A stretch of DNA of 64,000 nt from Octopus sinensis (taxonomy: Eukaryota), in assembly GCF_006345805.1 (NCBI RefSeq), contig NC_043019.1, forward strand, positions 15,313,360 to 15,377,359, given 5' to 3'. The first letter of the stretch is position 1. Each line of letters opens with the position of its first letter. The position numbers were made by a program, and so were the translations under genes. Below the pieces are notes generated by a model. That model made no database searches. It saw nothing but the letters and a program-made list of their open reading frames with translations, and had not been told where the DNA came from. Of this stretch, positions 62,401 through 64,000 are shown in pieces.

Positions 62401-62959
62401 TCCACATCACTTGTGAACCAATGTTGGTTTGTTTACACTCCTGTAATTTAGCAGTTCAGCAAAAAAAAAAAAAAGATTAATAAAATAACCACCAGACTCT
62501 TAAACCATAAATACTGGGCACAAGTTTGCTTGATCAAACCTGTCAAGATGGTGCTCCAGCATGGCCCTGCATTCCACAAACTAAAACAAATAAAAGAATA
62601 AAAAGATTAGTACTTTACCAGGCCTGACCTGGGGACTAAGCAACAATTTTAAGAGCCCGACTCTCATAAACTTGCAGAATTAAATGTCTGAGATGGTTCC
62701 TGGCAGCAGACTATTACAGAATGAGGAACCAATAAACAGTTCTTTGGTGCACAAGTTTTGCAACAGTCATCATTCCTGGCAGACTGTGTGCTTATTCTTG
62801 GAATATTTCTAAAAATTGTCTTGGAATAGAAGCATGGATAATATTCAAGGCGGTTCTGCAAATAAGTGGTTCTATGATCTAGAAGTCTTTTATAGATTCT
62901 GTTACCTAGGCAACGTCATAGCTAATAATAATAATTATAATAATAAAAATATAATAGTA

Positions 62960-63010
<51 letters not shown>

Positions 63011-63809
63011 GATGATGCTTAAGCGTGCTCATTAGTATGTGAATGTATGTGTGTGAGAATATAGACATGTGTGTGTATATATTTGTGTAGATGTGCATAT
63101 GTTTCTGTGCATCTGCTCATGTTTGTTTGTGTGTGTGGTGTGTGTGTGTGTTTACATGCATGTGTGCATGCATCAATGCTGGTGTACATGTGTACGTATG
63201 TTGGATTGCGTGGGTGTGTTTGCATGTGTGTTAGTGTGTGCATGCGTGTATTATGTGCTTGTGTGTATAAATGTGCATACATATTGGGTCGTTTGTATGC
63301 ATACTTCCATAGATTATGATGCATATGTCTGTACTCACGTTTGCATGTAGGTGTATCTATGTGCATATCTTTTAGCACATATTTGGCATATACATATATA
63401 TGCTGGTGTGTGTATGTGTGTGTATGTGTGTGTGCACATGTGCACACTTGTTGGGTTCTATGTGTCTGTTTAAATAAACAGTTTGTGTATGTATGCATAT
63501 CTGTTAGGGTAAAGACCCCTTTGATCATGAATTACCTTGGGAATACCCCTAGAACTCCTCCAACATACAAGCCCCGGGCAAGGTTGTTTATGGCAGACCA
63601 GCAGTTGCCCAGGCATACCAGTCTCTCCTCTCCTTTTTTTTTTTTTAACAAAACTGTCCGACAAACGGGAATGTGAAACTCCGAGTAACAGCTTTTGCTA
63701 AATTTCTGCTGCTTTTAAATAAAGCATATTACTCTACCTCTGGTATTTGAGTACTCTTTTTTCCACCTTGTTTCACATTTATGTGTTTACTCCGGTATAT
63801 ATATATATA

Positions 63810-64000
63810 GTTAATCCAAACATGAAAGCACAAAAATACACAACAACGCAAGGACGTGGAACAAATATAGTATTATTGGACGCTCAGGAAGGAAGGGAAG
63901 AAGGAGGGTTTTACGTTTCGAGCGGAGCTCTTTGTCGGAAACATAGGAGAAGGAAAGATCCAGAGAAGGGAAGACGGAGGAAAAATGTCACCAATGGTAC
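63810..64000 (-). mobile_element. Penelope-like terminal fragment, family 1, with hammerhead motif at 63908-63942
   Basis: Homologous to 3031-3235. Minus strand reads GTTT CCGACAA A GAGC-TCC-GCTC GAAA CGTA AAAC, with the core mutated and stem III/GUA intact. Confidence 0.7.

Overview
This is AT-rich, repeat-saturated eukaryotic DNA with no confidently identifiable intact protein-coding gene. The SINE families and microsatellite load most resemble an Octopus genome; this is an inference from recalled repeat families, not a database match. Almost all long ORFs in the supplied track are translations of microsatellites or SINE interiors. The window contains at least four tRNA-derived SINE families, decayed LINE fragments (RTE-like and R4/NeSL-like), and several DNA transposons: Tc1/mariner relics, one 552-bp deleted Tc1-like element with perfect 46-bp TIRs, piggyBac-like MITEs and Helentron-type non-autonomous elements. 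It also has several tandem arrays (23-bp x ~63; 139-bp x 10 inside a dispersed repeat) and long fold-back hairpins. The most notable signal is six minimal type I hammerhead-ribozyme motifs in short Penelope-like terminal fragments from at least three families. Two (3701-3743 +, 13495-13530 -) retain an intact catalytic core. A few splice-site-bounded candidate exons exist on the minus strand but are speculative.
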